Positions 30,179 to 41,280 of a DNA stretch of 64,000 nucleotides are shown piece by piece (positions within the stretch are counted from its first letter, which is position 1; each line of letters begins with the position of its first letter). The translations under genes were made by a program, and so were the position numbers. The DNA is from Acidimicrobiia bacterium (GTDB lineage Bacteria; Actinomycetota; Acidimicrobiia; IMCC26256; JADLDD01): the NCBI GenBank assembly GCA_020846855.1, contig JADLDD010000013.1:1530-65529 (forward strand), written 5' to 3'. The notes under the pieces are model-generated. The model saw only the letters and a program-made list of their open reading frames with translations. It was not told where the DNA came from and did no database searches.

Positions 30179-32731
30179 ATGTGGACGGCGACGATCCGGG
30201 GTCTGGCCGCGCGCCGTGTGCGCCTGGCCCTGACCGCGTGCGCCGTGGTGCTGGGCGTCGCCTTCGTGACCGGGACCTACGTGGTGACCGATACCGTCCA
30301 GGCCTCGTTCGCCCGTGCCTTCTCCGAGAGCGCGGACGGGGTCGACCTGGTGGTGCGCTCGCCCGCCCCACCCGGTGCGTCGCCGCGGAGCTCCCGCCAG
30401 AGGATCCCCGAGAGCCTCCTCGCGACGGTCCGCGGGGTCGACGGGGTCGCCGCCGCCTCGGGCCTGGTCACCGGGACGGCCCTCTTCGTGGGCCGGGACG
30501 GGCGTGCGCTCCAGGCCAGCGGGCTGCCGACCATCGGGTTCTCCTGGGACGAGGGAGGGGTCACTCCCCTGCGCCTCGTGGACGGCCGCGCCCCCCGTGG
30601 TGACCGCGAGGTGGCGATGGACGCGGCGACCGCGGCGCGCCACGGCTTCCGGCCCGGCGACACGGTGCGGATGGTCGTCGGGGGTCCCGCCCGGACCTAC
30701 CGGCTGGTGGGGACGATGACCCTCGGCGACGCCGCCGATCTCGGCGCGGTGACCCTGGCGGCGTTCGACGTCCGCACCGCCCAGCAGCTCTTCGACTCGC
30801 GTGGGCTCGTCGACCTGATCTACGTGAAGGGCCGGGCCGGTGTCCCGGTCGACGATCTCGCCGGTCGCCTCCGCGTCGCCGTGCCCGGGGCGTCGGTCGA
30901 GTCGGGGGCCTCGTTCGCGGCCGAGACCGGCCGCCCGCTGCGCGAGGGCCTGGGCTTCCTCACCGACGCGCTCCTCGGCTTCGCGGCCCTGGGGCTGTTC
31001 GTGGGCGGCTTCATCATCTTCAACACCTTCTCGATCCTCGTGCAGCAACGGACCCGGGAGCTCGCGTTGCTGCGCGCCCTGGGTGCCAGCGGCCGGCAGG
31101 TGATGCTCTCGGTGCTGGGTGAGGCGGCGGCCACGGGCGTGGCCGGGTCGCTGCTGGGCTTCGCGTGCGGCCTCGGCCTCGCGGCGGGCCTCCTGGCCGC
31201 GCTGCCGGCCCTCGGCTTCGACATGCCCGCCGGGGGGTTGGTGCTCCTCGGGCGTACGGTCGCCGCCGCGGCCGTGGTGGGCGTGGCGGTCACCGTCGCC
31301 GCCGCCGCGATCCCCGCGCGGCGGGCGGCCCGGCTGCCGCCGGTGGCGGCCGCGGCCGAACCGGGGGTGGGCCGCCGGGTGAGAGCGGTCCGGGTCGCGT
31401 TCGGGATGCTGCTGCTCGGCGCCGGGGCCGCGCTCCTCGCCTGGGGCCTGCACGGCTGGTTCGCGACCAGCGTTCAGCGCCTCGCGGTGGTCGGTTCCGG
31501 GGGTCTGGCGGTGTTCCTCGGGGTGTCGGTGCTCACCCCCGTGCTCGGGCCGCCCATCGCCCGGGTCCTCGGTGCGTACCTACCGGCCTCGCAGGGGATC
31601 ACCGGCAAGCTGGCCCGCAACAACGCGCTCCGCAACCCGAGGCGCACCGCCGCGACGGCGTCGGCTCTGGTCATCGGGCTGAGCCTCGTCGTGATGGTGG
31701 CCGTGTTCGGGCAGTCGGCCAAGGCCTCCGTGCGGGCGTCGATCGCGGGTGGGTTGCGGGCCGACCTGGTGGTCACCTCCGACGCCTTCGCCGGGTTCCC
31801 GGCCCAGGTCACCGCGACGGCTCGCCGCGTGCCCGACGTGGATACGGCCGTGGGCCTGCGGGTAGGAGCGGTCCGCGTCCGGGCCGTGTCCGAGCAGGTC
31901 TTCGGCGTCGACGGCTCGTCCGGCGACCTCGACCGCGTGGCCGACCTCTCCCTGGTCGGAGGCCGACCGGAAGGCCTCGATCAGGGGGGCATCCTGGTCA
32001 GCGCGCGGGAGGCCGACGGCTACGGCCTCCGCGTGGGCGATCCGCTCCAGGTCACGTTCCCGCGCCTCGGAGAGGTCGAGGTCCCCGTGGCCGGCATCTT
32101 CCGCCATCGGAACTTCGCGGGCGGCGTGCCGATCGACTACCTCGTGTCGCGGGCCATGTTCGAGGCCGGGATCGGAGGGGTGCCCGAGGACGTCGCCGTC
32201 CTGGTGCGGTCGGAGGGCGGGCGGGAGCAGGCGGCCCGGGCCGCCCTGACCGCGGCGTTGCGGACCGACTTCCCCAACGTCGTGGTGCGCGACCGGGCCG
32301 GGTTCGAGAGCCAGCAGACCCACTCGATCGACGTGTTCCTCAACGTGATGGTCGCCCTGCTGCTCCTGTCGCAGCTGATCGCGGTCCTGGGGATCGTGAA
32401 CACGCTCGTCCTGTCGGTGCACGAGCGGACCCGTGAGCTCGCGCTCCTCAGGATCGTGGGGATGTCCCGCCGCCAGGTGCGCCGCATGATCCGGGGCGAG
32501 TCGGTCCTGATCGCCCTCGTGGGCGCGGTCATCGGGACGTCGGTCGGCGTGCTGTGGGGATGGGCCTTCACGCGCGCTCTCGCGGAGCAGGGGGTGACCC
32601 GGTTCAGCGTCCCGGCGTGGTTCCTGGCCGCGTTCGTGGCCTTCGCGGCCGCCGTGGGCGTGGTGGCGTCGGTCCTGCCCGCCTGGCGGGCGGCGCGCCT
32701 AGACGTGCTCGACGCCATCGCGGCCGAGTGA
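30179..32731 (+). CDS. MacB/FtsX-like ABC permease with duplicated domains, 850 aa
   Basis: NTFSILVQQRTRELALLRALGAS, NPRRTAATASAL, NTLVLSVHERTRELALLRIVGM. Confidence 0.92.
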   Translation: MWTATIRGLAARRVRLALTACAVVLGVAFVTGTYVVTDTVQASFARAFSESADGVDLVVRSPAPPGASPRSSRQRIPESLLATVRGVDGVAAASGLVTGTALFVGRDGRALQASGLPTIGFSWDEGGVTPLRLVDGRAPRGDREVAMDAATAARHGFRPGDTVRMVVGGPARTYRLVGTMTLGDAADLGAVTLAAFDVRTAQQLFDSRGLVDLIYVKGRAGVPVDDLAGRLRVAVPGASVESGASFAAETGRPLREGLGFLTDALLGFAALGLFVGGFIIFNTFSILVQQRTRELALLRALGASGRQVMLSVLGEAAATGVAGSLLGFACGLGLAAGLLAALPALGFDMPAGGLVLLGRTVAAAAVVGVAVTVAAAAIPARRAARLPPVAAAAEPGVGRRVRAVRVAFGMLLLGAGAALLAWGLHGWFATSVQRLAVVGSGGLAVFLGVSVLTPVLGPPIARVLGAYLPASQGITGKLARNNALRNPRRTAATASALVIGLSLVVMVAVFGQSAKASVRASIAGGLRADLVVTSDAFAGFPAQVTATARRVPDVDTAVGLRVGAVRVRAVSEQVFGVDGSSGDLDRVADLSLVGGRPEGLDQGGILVSAREADGYGLRVGDPLQVTFPRLGEVEVPVAGIFRHRNFAGGVPIDYLVSRAMFEAGIGGVPEDVAVLVRSEGGREQAARAALTAALRTDFPNVVVRDRAGFESQQTHSIDVFLNVMVALLLLSQLIAVLGIVNTLVLSVHERTRELALLRIVGMSRRQVRRMIRGESVLIALVGAVIGTSVGVLWGWAFTRALAEQGVTRFSVPAWFLAAFVAFAAAVGVVASVLPAWRAARLDVLDAIAAE

Positions 32732-32796
32732 CCGAACAGCCCGGTCGGGGGCGTGGGGGCGGCGATCCGGGCGGCTGATACGATCCGCCCCTCACC

Positions 32797-32868
32797 GGGC
32801 GGTTAGCTCAGGGGTAGAGCACTTCCTTGACGCGGAAGGGGTCAGAGGTTCGAATCCTCTACCGCCCA
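32797..32868 (+). tRNA. tRNA-Val (GAC)
   Basis: GGGCGGT/ACCGCCC acceptor stem, CTTCC-TTGACGC-GGAAG anticodon arm, GGTTCGAATCC; CCA not encoded; -10 TACGAT at 32779-32784. Confidence 0.95.
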
Positions 32869-32870
32869 CC

Positions 32871-32891
32871 CCGGACCGGTCTGCGGTCCGG
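32871..32891 (+). terminator. Hairpin downstream of tRNA-Val(GAC)
   Basis: CCGGACCG-GTCTG-CGGTCCGG. Confidence 0.45.
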
Positions 32892-33002
32892 CTCCGGAGT
32901 CCTCAAGTGGTCGCCGCACCGGGCCGATCAATCGTGAGGGCCAGTCGGTCGACCGATCGACCGCACCGCGGCGGCGTGCCCGATGCGAGCAGGAGGCCCC
33001 AG

Positions 33003-34277
33003 GTGGACAGGTGGCCCGTCGACGTCGATCCGGATCTGATCTGCGTGGGCTGCGGTGCGCGGCTCGTCAGCGGCTCGGCCGCGCGCTGCCCGCGGTGCGG
33101 CGCGCTGTACCACGCCGGCTGCTGGAACGCGACCGAGACCTGCCTGAAGCCGGGCTGCGGTGCGCCGGCGCGCGGGAGCACCGGTCGTACACCTCCGGGC
33201 CCGGGCTCCGACGAAGGGGAGGCGGAGCGGGAGGGGCCTCCGGCGCCCGGTCCGCCTCGCGCCCCTCGTTGGCGTCCGGTGCGCCGGGCGCGGCGCCCCG
33301 CAGGCCCGGAACGGGCGCGGCCCGGACGTAGGACGGCCGGCGGCTCCGGCCCCGCCGGTGCAGCAAGGGGCCGGTTCCGGCCGGCCACCGAGGAGGGCGG
33401 AGACATGAATACCGGCAGGGTCGGCACGGTGACGACTTCCGCATCGGGTGAGGGGCGGGCGGGGGAGCCCCCGCGGCCCCGGGTCCGGCGGTCGGTGGAG
33501 TTCTTCCCCGGCGGCGAGTACGGGCCGGTGGCGCCCGAGGTGGTCGACGACCCGCCGCCCGGGACGGTACCGACGCCGGCGCCGGTCCCCGTCGCCGGGT
33601 GGACCGACGAGGGCCCCCGGGCGCCTGCCGAGGCCCGTCACGAGGCTGCGGGCGCCGCCGGCCGGACGCCGGGCCCCGCGGTGCCATGGTGGGCGCCCGT
33701 TGCGCCGCAACCCGAGGCACCGGAGCCCGCGGCACCCGGGCCCGAGGCGCCGGAGCCCGCGACCGGGGCGGGGGCGGCGGGGGAGACGGACGCCGCGGTG
33801 GAGCGGGAGCGCCCGGCCCCCGGTCCCGGGCCCGAGCGGATCTCCATCGACGAGCTCCAGGCCCGGATACGGCGCCCGCGTGACGAGGAGCCGGCGGCGG
33901 GCGGCCGTGAGCCGGGTGGTCGGAAGAGGTCGCTGCTCGTCGGGGCCGCGGTGGTGGGCATCCTGGTCCTCGTCGCGGTCGTCGTGCTGGGCACGCGCTC
34001 GAACTGGTTCGCCCCGGTGACGGGTCGGGTCCACACCGAGGAGGAGATCGACCGGGCCCGCACCGACGCCTTCGAGGAGGGCCGCCGTGCCGGCCTCGAC
34101 GACGGCCGGGCCGAGGGCCGGCGCGAGGGCGTCGAGCAGGGAATCGAGCAGGGTCGCGTGGAGGGCCGGGAGCAGGGCTGCCGGGCCGTGTTCGACCGGG
34201 CCGGCTCGTCGACCCTGTGGAGCGGCCCGGGGCCGCGTGCCTCGAGCGTGCGGCGCCAGGACTGCGGCACGCCGTAG
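33003..34277 (+). CDS. Membrane protein with N-terminal prokaryotic RING-like zinc finger, Pro-rich linker, one TM and EG/QG repeats, about 424 aa
   Basis: GTG 33003 after AGGAGG; CVGC..CPRC..YHAGCW..C..C; TM LLVGAAVVGILVLVAVVVLG; EEGRRAG/EGRREGVEQGIEQGRVEGREQG. Confidence 0.7.
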   Translation: MDRWPVDVDPDLICVGCGARLVSGSAARCPRCGALYHAGCWNATETCLKPGCGAPARGSTGRTPPGPGSDEGEAEREGPPAPGPPRAPRWRPVRRARRPAGPERARPGRRTAGGSGPAGAARGRFRPATEEGGDMNTGRVGTVTTSASGEGRAGEPPRPRVRRSVEFFPGGEYGPVAPEVVDDPPPGTVPTPAPVPVAGWTDEGPRAPAEARHEAAGAAGRTPGPAVPWWAPVAPQPEAPEPAAPGPEAPEPATGAGAAGETDAAVERERPAPGPGPERISIDELQARIRRPRDEEPAAGGREPGGRKRSLLVGAAVVGILVLVAVVVLGTRSNWFAPVTGRVHTEEEIDRARTDAFEEGRRAGLDDGRAEGRREGVEQGIEQGRVEGREQGCRAVFDRAGSSTLWSGPGPRASSVRRQDCGTP

Positions 34278-34347
34278 GCGTCCGGGACCCCCCCGCGGAG
34301 GGCCTACGCTCGGAGCACCGGCTCTCGCGCCACCCGGGAGGGCGAGC

Positions 34348-37044
<2,697 letters not shown>

Positions 37045-37103
37045 GGGCGGTCGGCTCGGCCGGTGGGTCCCCCGCCGCCCAGCGGTGGCTCAGGCCGGCG
37101 GCC

Positions 37104-37307
37104 CTACTCGTCGGGCTTCAGGTCGGGGTCCCACGACGGCGTGTCGTCGTCGAGGTCGTCGTCGAGGTCGGTGTCGTCCTCGGCGCGCGGTGAGTCGTCG
37201 TCGAGGTCGGCGAGGGTGCCTCCTCCCTCGGGGAAGAGCCCGTCGTCGTACCCCTGCTTGAGGGCCCGCGCCTCACGGAAACGGCGTGCCCGACCCTTCT
37301 TGGCCAC
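37104..37307 (-). CDS. Small hypothetical protein with basic N-terminus and very acidic C-terminus, 67 aa
   Basis: GTG start after AGGTGAGGA; GC3-rich codons; MAKKGRARRFREARALK...DDTDLDDDLDDDTPSWDPD. Confidence 0.6.
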   Translation of the reverse strand: MAKKGRARRFREARALKQGYDDGLFPEGGGTLADLDDDSPRAEDDTDLDDDLDDDTPSWDPDLKPDE

Positions 37308-37639
37308 GTCCTCACCTACCTATGCCGACGCTCGATCGATCCGGATCCCGTTCGCGGAACCAGCCATGATGCCGCAACCACCCCTCCGGATGTCGACACG
37401 CTGACCGGGTTCCTCCGATCGACGGCGCGACGCCGCCATCGGTGCGCCCGAGGGCGGGCGGACACCCGGCCGGAGGCGCGAACGGAGCCGGCGACCCGTC
37501 CATTGTCGCGCACCGGCAGCGTCGGTGGGGCCGGGAGCCGGCTGCGGTCCCGGCTGGCGTACCGGCGCCGGGGGAGAGGCCGGGGGACGGGCCGGCGCCG
37601 GCCGGTGGTGCCGTGAACGGTTGGCGTCAGTGGCTGGTG

Positions 37640-38317
37640 TCAGTGGTGGTGGCGGGGGAGGAAGGCCCGTTCCCCGTACCGGTCGAGGTGCACGACCTCC
37701 TCCACCGGGCGCCGGGTGGTCGGGCCGTGGTGCCCTCGGGGCCAACCGATCGGGATGACCGCGCAGGGCGTGACGTCGGCGGGCAGGCCCAGCGTGCGCC
37801 GGGCGAGGCCCGTCGACCACAGCGGCATCGTGGTGAGGGTGGCACCCAGGCCGGCCGCCCGGGCCGCGAGGAGCAGGTTCTGGACCGCGGGGAAGATCGA
37901 GCCGTAGTACGAGGCCGCGCCCACGCGGACCAGGCGCGACAGGCGCATGCCCCGCAGGCAGGCGACGATCACCACCGGCGTCTCCTCGAAGTGGTCGGCC
38001 TGCCACTGGATGGCGTCGATCACGCCCTCCATGCGCCAGTCGCTGCGGACCTTGCGGCGGGCGATCCGCTTCGCCACCGACCACGCCTGTCGGTTGAGGC
38101 GGGCGAGCTGGTGCTTCACGGCCGGGTCGCGCACCACGATGAAGTCCCAGTTCTGGTGGTTCTCGGCCGACGGCGCCCGCGTCGCCAGGCGGAGCAGCTC
38201 CAGCACGAGGTCGTCGTCGACCGGATCGGCGAGCAGCCGGCGGATCGCGCGCTGGGTGGTCATGGCCTCGGCCAGCGGCATCTTCCAGGGCCCGTCGGGC
38301 TCCTCGGTGGGTGTCAT
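37640..38317 (-). CDS. Nitroreductase family protein, 225 aa
   Basis: TQRAIRR, APSAENHQNWDFIVV, AVQNLLLAARAAGLG, IPIGWP. Confidence 0.92.
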   Translation of the reverse strand: MTPTEEPDGPWKMPLAEAMTTQRAIRRLLADPVDDDLVLELLRLATRAPSAENHQNWDFIVVRDPAVKHQLARLNRQAWSVAKRIARRKVRSDWRMEGVIDAIQWQADHFEETPVVIVACLRGMRLSRLVRVGAASYYGSIFPAVQNLLLAARAAGLGATLTTMPLWSTGLARRTLGLPADVTPCAVIPIGWPRGHHGPTTRRPVEEVVHLDRYGERAFLPRHHH

Positions 38318-38419
38318 CCCCGTCCCCCTCTTCCCACTGCCGGCCGGGGTTCCCGGGCCGGCCGATCCTGGTCGAGGGAGGTTACCGTCGCCGGGCCGGC
38401 GGCTATCATCGGCCGTCCC

Positions 38420-38493
38420 GGGCGATTGGCTCAGATGGTTAGAGCGCTGCCTTCACACGGCAGAGGTCGGGGGTTCGAGTCCCTCATCGCCCA
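38420..38493 (+). tRNA. tRNA-Val (CAC)
   Basis: GGGCGAT/ATCGCCC acceptor stem, CTGCC-TTCACAC-GGCAG anticodon arm, GGTTCGAGTCC; CCA not encoded; -10 TATCAT at 38404-38409. Confidence 0.95.
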
Positions 38494-38500
38494 CCCCGAT

Positions 38501-38616
38501 CCCGAGCATGTTGCGATCGGACCCCCTGTGGTGTGGTCGAACGCAACATGCTGGAGCACCCGCCCGAGCATGTTGCGATCGGACCCCCTGTGGTGTGGTC
38601 GAACGCAACATGCTGG
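38501..38616. repeat. Two identical 54-bp palindromic units (REP/MIRU-like), period 62 bp
   Basis: CCCGAGCATGTTGCGATCGGACCCCCTGTGGTGTGGTCGAACGCAACATGCTGG at 38501-38554 and 38563-38616; internal 11-bp inverted repeat AGCATGTTGCG/CGCAACATGCT. Confidence 0.92.
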
Positions 38617-38641
38617 GGGGCACGCCGTAGCATCTTGCGGC

Positions 38642-39019
38642 GTGGTCGACGTCCGCCGGGTCGCGCGCAACGTGGAGCGGTCGGTCCTCGGCGTGCTTCT
38701 CGTCGTGGTGGCCGTCTTCTGGATGCACGGCGTCGGATCCCCGGGCAGTCACCTGGTGAGCCTGCCGTCGGGCGCCCACGGGGCGGCGGCCGTACCCCAG
38801 GCGCACGACACGAGGTCCCATCCCGCCCGGACGGCGGGCCACGACGCCCACACCGACGGGCCCGTCACCACGATGCCCTGCGCGTTCGCGGTGGTCGGCA
38901 CCCCGGATCCCGCCAGTCGCCCGGCCGGACCGTCGGGCCGGGTCGTCGCCTGTGGCGATCGCATGCCGGCGCCGCTCCGTGAGGCACCCGAGCCTCCCGT
39001 GCCACGCCGTTCTCTCTGA
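38642..39019 (+). CDS. Exported His-rich small protein / putative copper-responsive leader peptide (DUF6153/CutF-like), about 125 aa
   Basis: GTG 38642 lies 8 nt after -10 TAGCAT; hydrophobic segment ending WMHG; several His; MPC; Pro-rich C-terminus EAPEPPVPRRSL; directly upstream of the cupredoxin. Confidence 0.65.
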   Translation: MVDVRRVARNVERSVLGVLLVVVAVFWMHGVGSPGSHLVSLPSGAHGAAAVPQAHDTRSHPARTAGHDAHTDGPVTTMPCAFAVVGTPDPASRPAGPSGRVVACGDRMPAPLREAPEPPVPRRSL

Positions 39020-39057
39020 CCCCTGACCACGGATCACGAGAGAACAGGAGAACATTC

Positions 39058-39531
39058 ATGGCGATCAAGCACGCGCGCGCGGCTCTGGTCGGGGTGTTGG
39101 CCCTGTCCGTCGCGGGTTGCGCGACCGACGGGAGCGACCGGACCGAGCGCGGCGCCACCAGGACGGTCGAGGTGGTGATGAGGGACAACACGTTCCGGCC
39201 CGACCGGATCGACGTCCGGCGAGGAGAGGAGGTCACCTTCCGCTTCGTGAACACCGGCCGGCTCGTCCACGAGGCGTTCCTGGGCGACTCGCAGGCTCAG
39301 GAGCAGCACGCCGCCGAGATGGCGGAGGGCGACGACCACGGGGGTGCCTCGCCCGACGGCCATGCCGGACACCTGACGGGCCAGGAGACGGAGCAAGAGA
39401 TGGTCACCGTCCGTCCCGGCGAGGAGGCCACGTTGTCCCGGCGCTTCGACGAGGCGGGGACCGTGATCATCGGGTGCCATCAACCCGGGCACTGGGAGGC
39501 CGGCATGAGGGCCACCGTCGAGGTGAGCTGA
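39058..39531 (+). CDS. Cupredoxin (plastocyanin/azurin, CopI-like) lipoprotein, 157 aa
   Basis: Lipobox VAGC; type-1 Cu ligands VHEAF and GCHQPGHWEAGM; His/Met-rich insertion; AGGAG RBS. Confidence 0.9.
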   Translation: MAIKHARAALVGVLALSVAGCATDGSDRTERGATRTVEVVMRDNTFRPDRIDVRRGEEVTFRFVNTGRLVHEAFLGDSQAQEQHAAEMAEGDDHGGASPDGHAGHLTGQETEQEMVTVRPGEEATLSRRFDEAGTVIIGCHQPGHWEAGMRATVEVS

Positions 39532-39557
39532 GCCCCGGGGCGCTCCCCGGTAGCCGG

Positions 39558-39588
39558 CGGAGGGGGCCTCGGGCCGAGGCCCCCTCCG
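39558..39588. terminator. 14-bp perfect hairpin between convergent genes
   Basis: CGGAGGGGGCCTCG-GGC-CGAGGCCCCCTCCG. Confidence 0.7.
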
Positions 39589-41259
39589 TCAGGCGTCGTC
39601 GGTGAGGTAGGTGGCGGTGTAGCGCTCCATCTCGACGGTGGGCTTCCACCAGCGCTCCACGCCCATGTCGTCGGCGATGCGGCCGGCGGCCAGGTAGCCG
39701 GGGCCGCCGATGACCAGACCGCCGGGGTAGGTGGAGGCGCCGCACACGTAGAGGCCGTCGATCGGCGTCGCGCTGCTGGAGCAGTCCTGGCTGGGCCGGA
39801 AGCAGCCGAGCTGGAGCGGGTTGTAGTCGCCGTGCTTGATCGAGCCGCGCCGCATGTTGGGCAGGCGGATCTCGATGTCCTCGGGGGTCTCCTGGGCCGT
39901 CATCACGATGTTGTCGCCGGCCATGTTGGGGGCCACCTGGCGCCACTTGGCGAGCATGGCCTCCGCCACCTCCGGGCCGCGGCGCTCCCAGCCGCCCTCG
40001 ATGTCGTAGGGGGCGTGCGACTGGAAGAACGACACCTGCCGGCCCGGGTAGCGGCTCAGGTGGGGGTCGAAGATCGTCTGGCAGGTGGTGTGGCCGCCCA
40101 TGGCGTCGAGGTCGAGCCGGCCCGCGGCCACGTTGCGCCAGTGCTCGATCACCTGGTCGGTGCCCTCGAAGCCGACGATGGTCATGAACGACTCGTCGAC
40201 GCCCGTCTCGCGGCTCACGTGGCGGGGCGCCTCCTCGGAGGCCACGTGGAGCGTGGTGTAGCTCCACTTGTCCCACTCCCAGCGGTCGACCGCCTCCTTG
40301 AGCTCGCCGGGCAGGTTCTCGGCGCCGACGAGGTCGGAGAAGGTGGTCTGGGGGTCGAGGCTGGAGGCGACCGTCTTGGCGTGGAGGGTGCGGCCCTCCC
40401 ACAGCTCCACCGCGGTGACGGCGCCGTCCTCGACGACGATGTTGTTCACCTGGGAGGAGTCGAGGATCGTCCCGCCGTTCTTGACGAACTCGCGCGCCAG
40501 CCCGGAGGCCAGCTTGTGCGACCCGCCCTGGCAGTAGCACTTGTTCATGGCCCGGTCGAGCAGGAGCGGCACGAAGAAGCCGACGCCCGTCTCCTCGGGG
40601 TCGAGGCCCCACATGCAGGTCACGTAGAGGAGCAGGGCGCGGATGCGGTCGTCGGTGAAGTGCTCGCTGATGATGTCGAGGGGGCTGCGCTCGCTGAGCT
40701 CGAGCATCTCCTCGCCGAGCTCGGTGCGGCCCATCGCCTCGATGATGTCGAGCGGGGCTAGGGGCGGGATGTAGGTGGCGGGGGCGACGATCTCCCGGGC
40801 GATCTTGCGCCACTTGCGCATGACCCGGCCGAAGTTCACCGCGTCGGGCTTGCTGATGCGGTGCCACGAGTCGACGGTGTCCTCGATCATGCGGGTGAGG
40901 AGGATCGACTGCCCGTCGGGGAAGACCATCGCGGTCTGGTGGTTGGGCTTGATCCACACCGTGCCGTGGCGCTCCAGGTCGAAGTCGCGCAGCACCGGCA
41001 TGAAGTCGACCATCATGTGGTAGACGGCGTGGATGTTGGTGTAGTAGCCGGGGAAGAGGATCTCCTCGGTGGCGAGGCCCCCGCCGATCTCGTAGCGGCG
41101 CTCCACCAGCACCACCTTCAGCCCGGCCTTGGCCAGGTAGTTGGCAGTGATGAGACCGTTCGGCCCCGCGCCGATCACCACGACGTCCCACTCGCTCTCG
41201 GAGGGGAACTCCGAGAAGAAGCTCTGCGGGTGGGGCTGGCCGACCAGTTCCTTGACCAT
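39589..41259 (-). CDS. Phytoene-desaturase-like (COG1233) FAD oxidoreductase, 556 aa
   Basis: [46 protein letters not shown]. Confidence 0.9.
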   Translation of the reverse strand: MVKELVGQPHPQSFFSEFPSESEWDVVVIGAGPNGLITANYLAKAGLKVVLVERRYEIGGGLATEEILFPGYYTNIHAVYHMMVDFMPVLRDFDLERHGTVWIKPNHQTAMVFPDGQSILLTRMIEDTVDSWHRISKPDAVNFGRVMRKWRKIAREIVAPATYIPPLAPLDIIEAMGRTELGEEMLELSERSPLDIISEHFTDDRIRALLLYVTCMWGLDPEETGVGFFVPLLLDRAMNKCYCQGGSHKLASGLAREFVKNGGTILDSSQVNNIVVEDGAVTAVELWEGRTLHAKTVASSLDPQTTFSDLVGAENLPGELKEAVDRWEWDKWSYTTLHVASEEAPRHVSRETGVDESFMTIVGFEGTDQVIEHWRNVAAGRLDLDAMGGHTTCQTIFDPHLSRYPGRQVSFFQSHAPYDIEGGWERRGPEVAEAMLAKWRQVAPNMAGDNIVMTAQETPEDIEIRLPNMRRGSIKHGDYNPLQLGCFRPSQDCSSSATPIDGLYVCGASTYPGGLVIGGPGYLAAGRIADDMGVERWWKPTVEMERYTATYLTDDA

Positions 41260-41280
41260 CTCTGCTCCTCGCTCTCCGGG

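Noticed and set aside
38501..38616. Possible mini-CRISPR array
   Set aside because: Only two 54-bp units with an 8-bp gap, no spacer-sized unique sequence and no cas genes.
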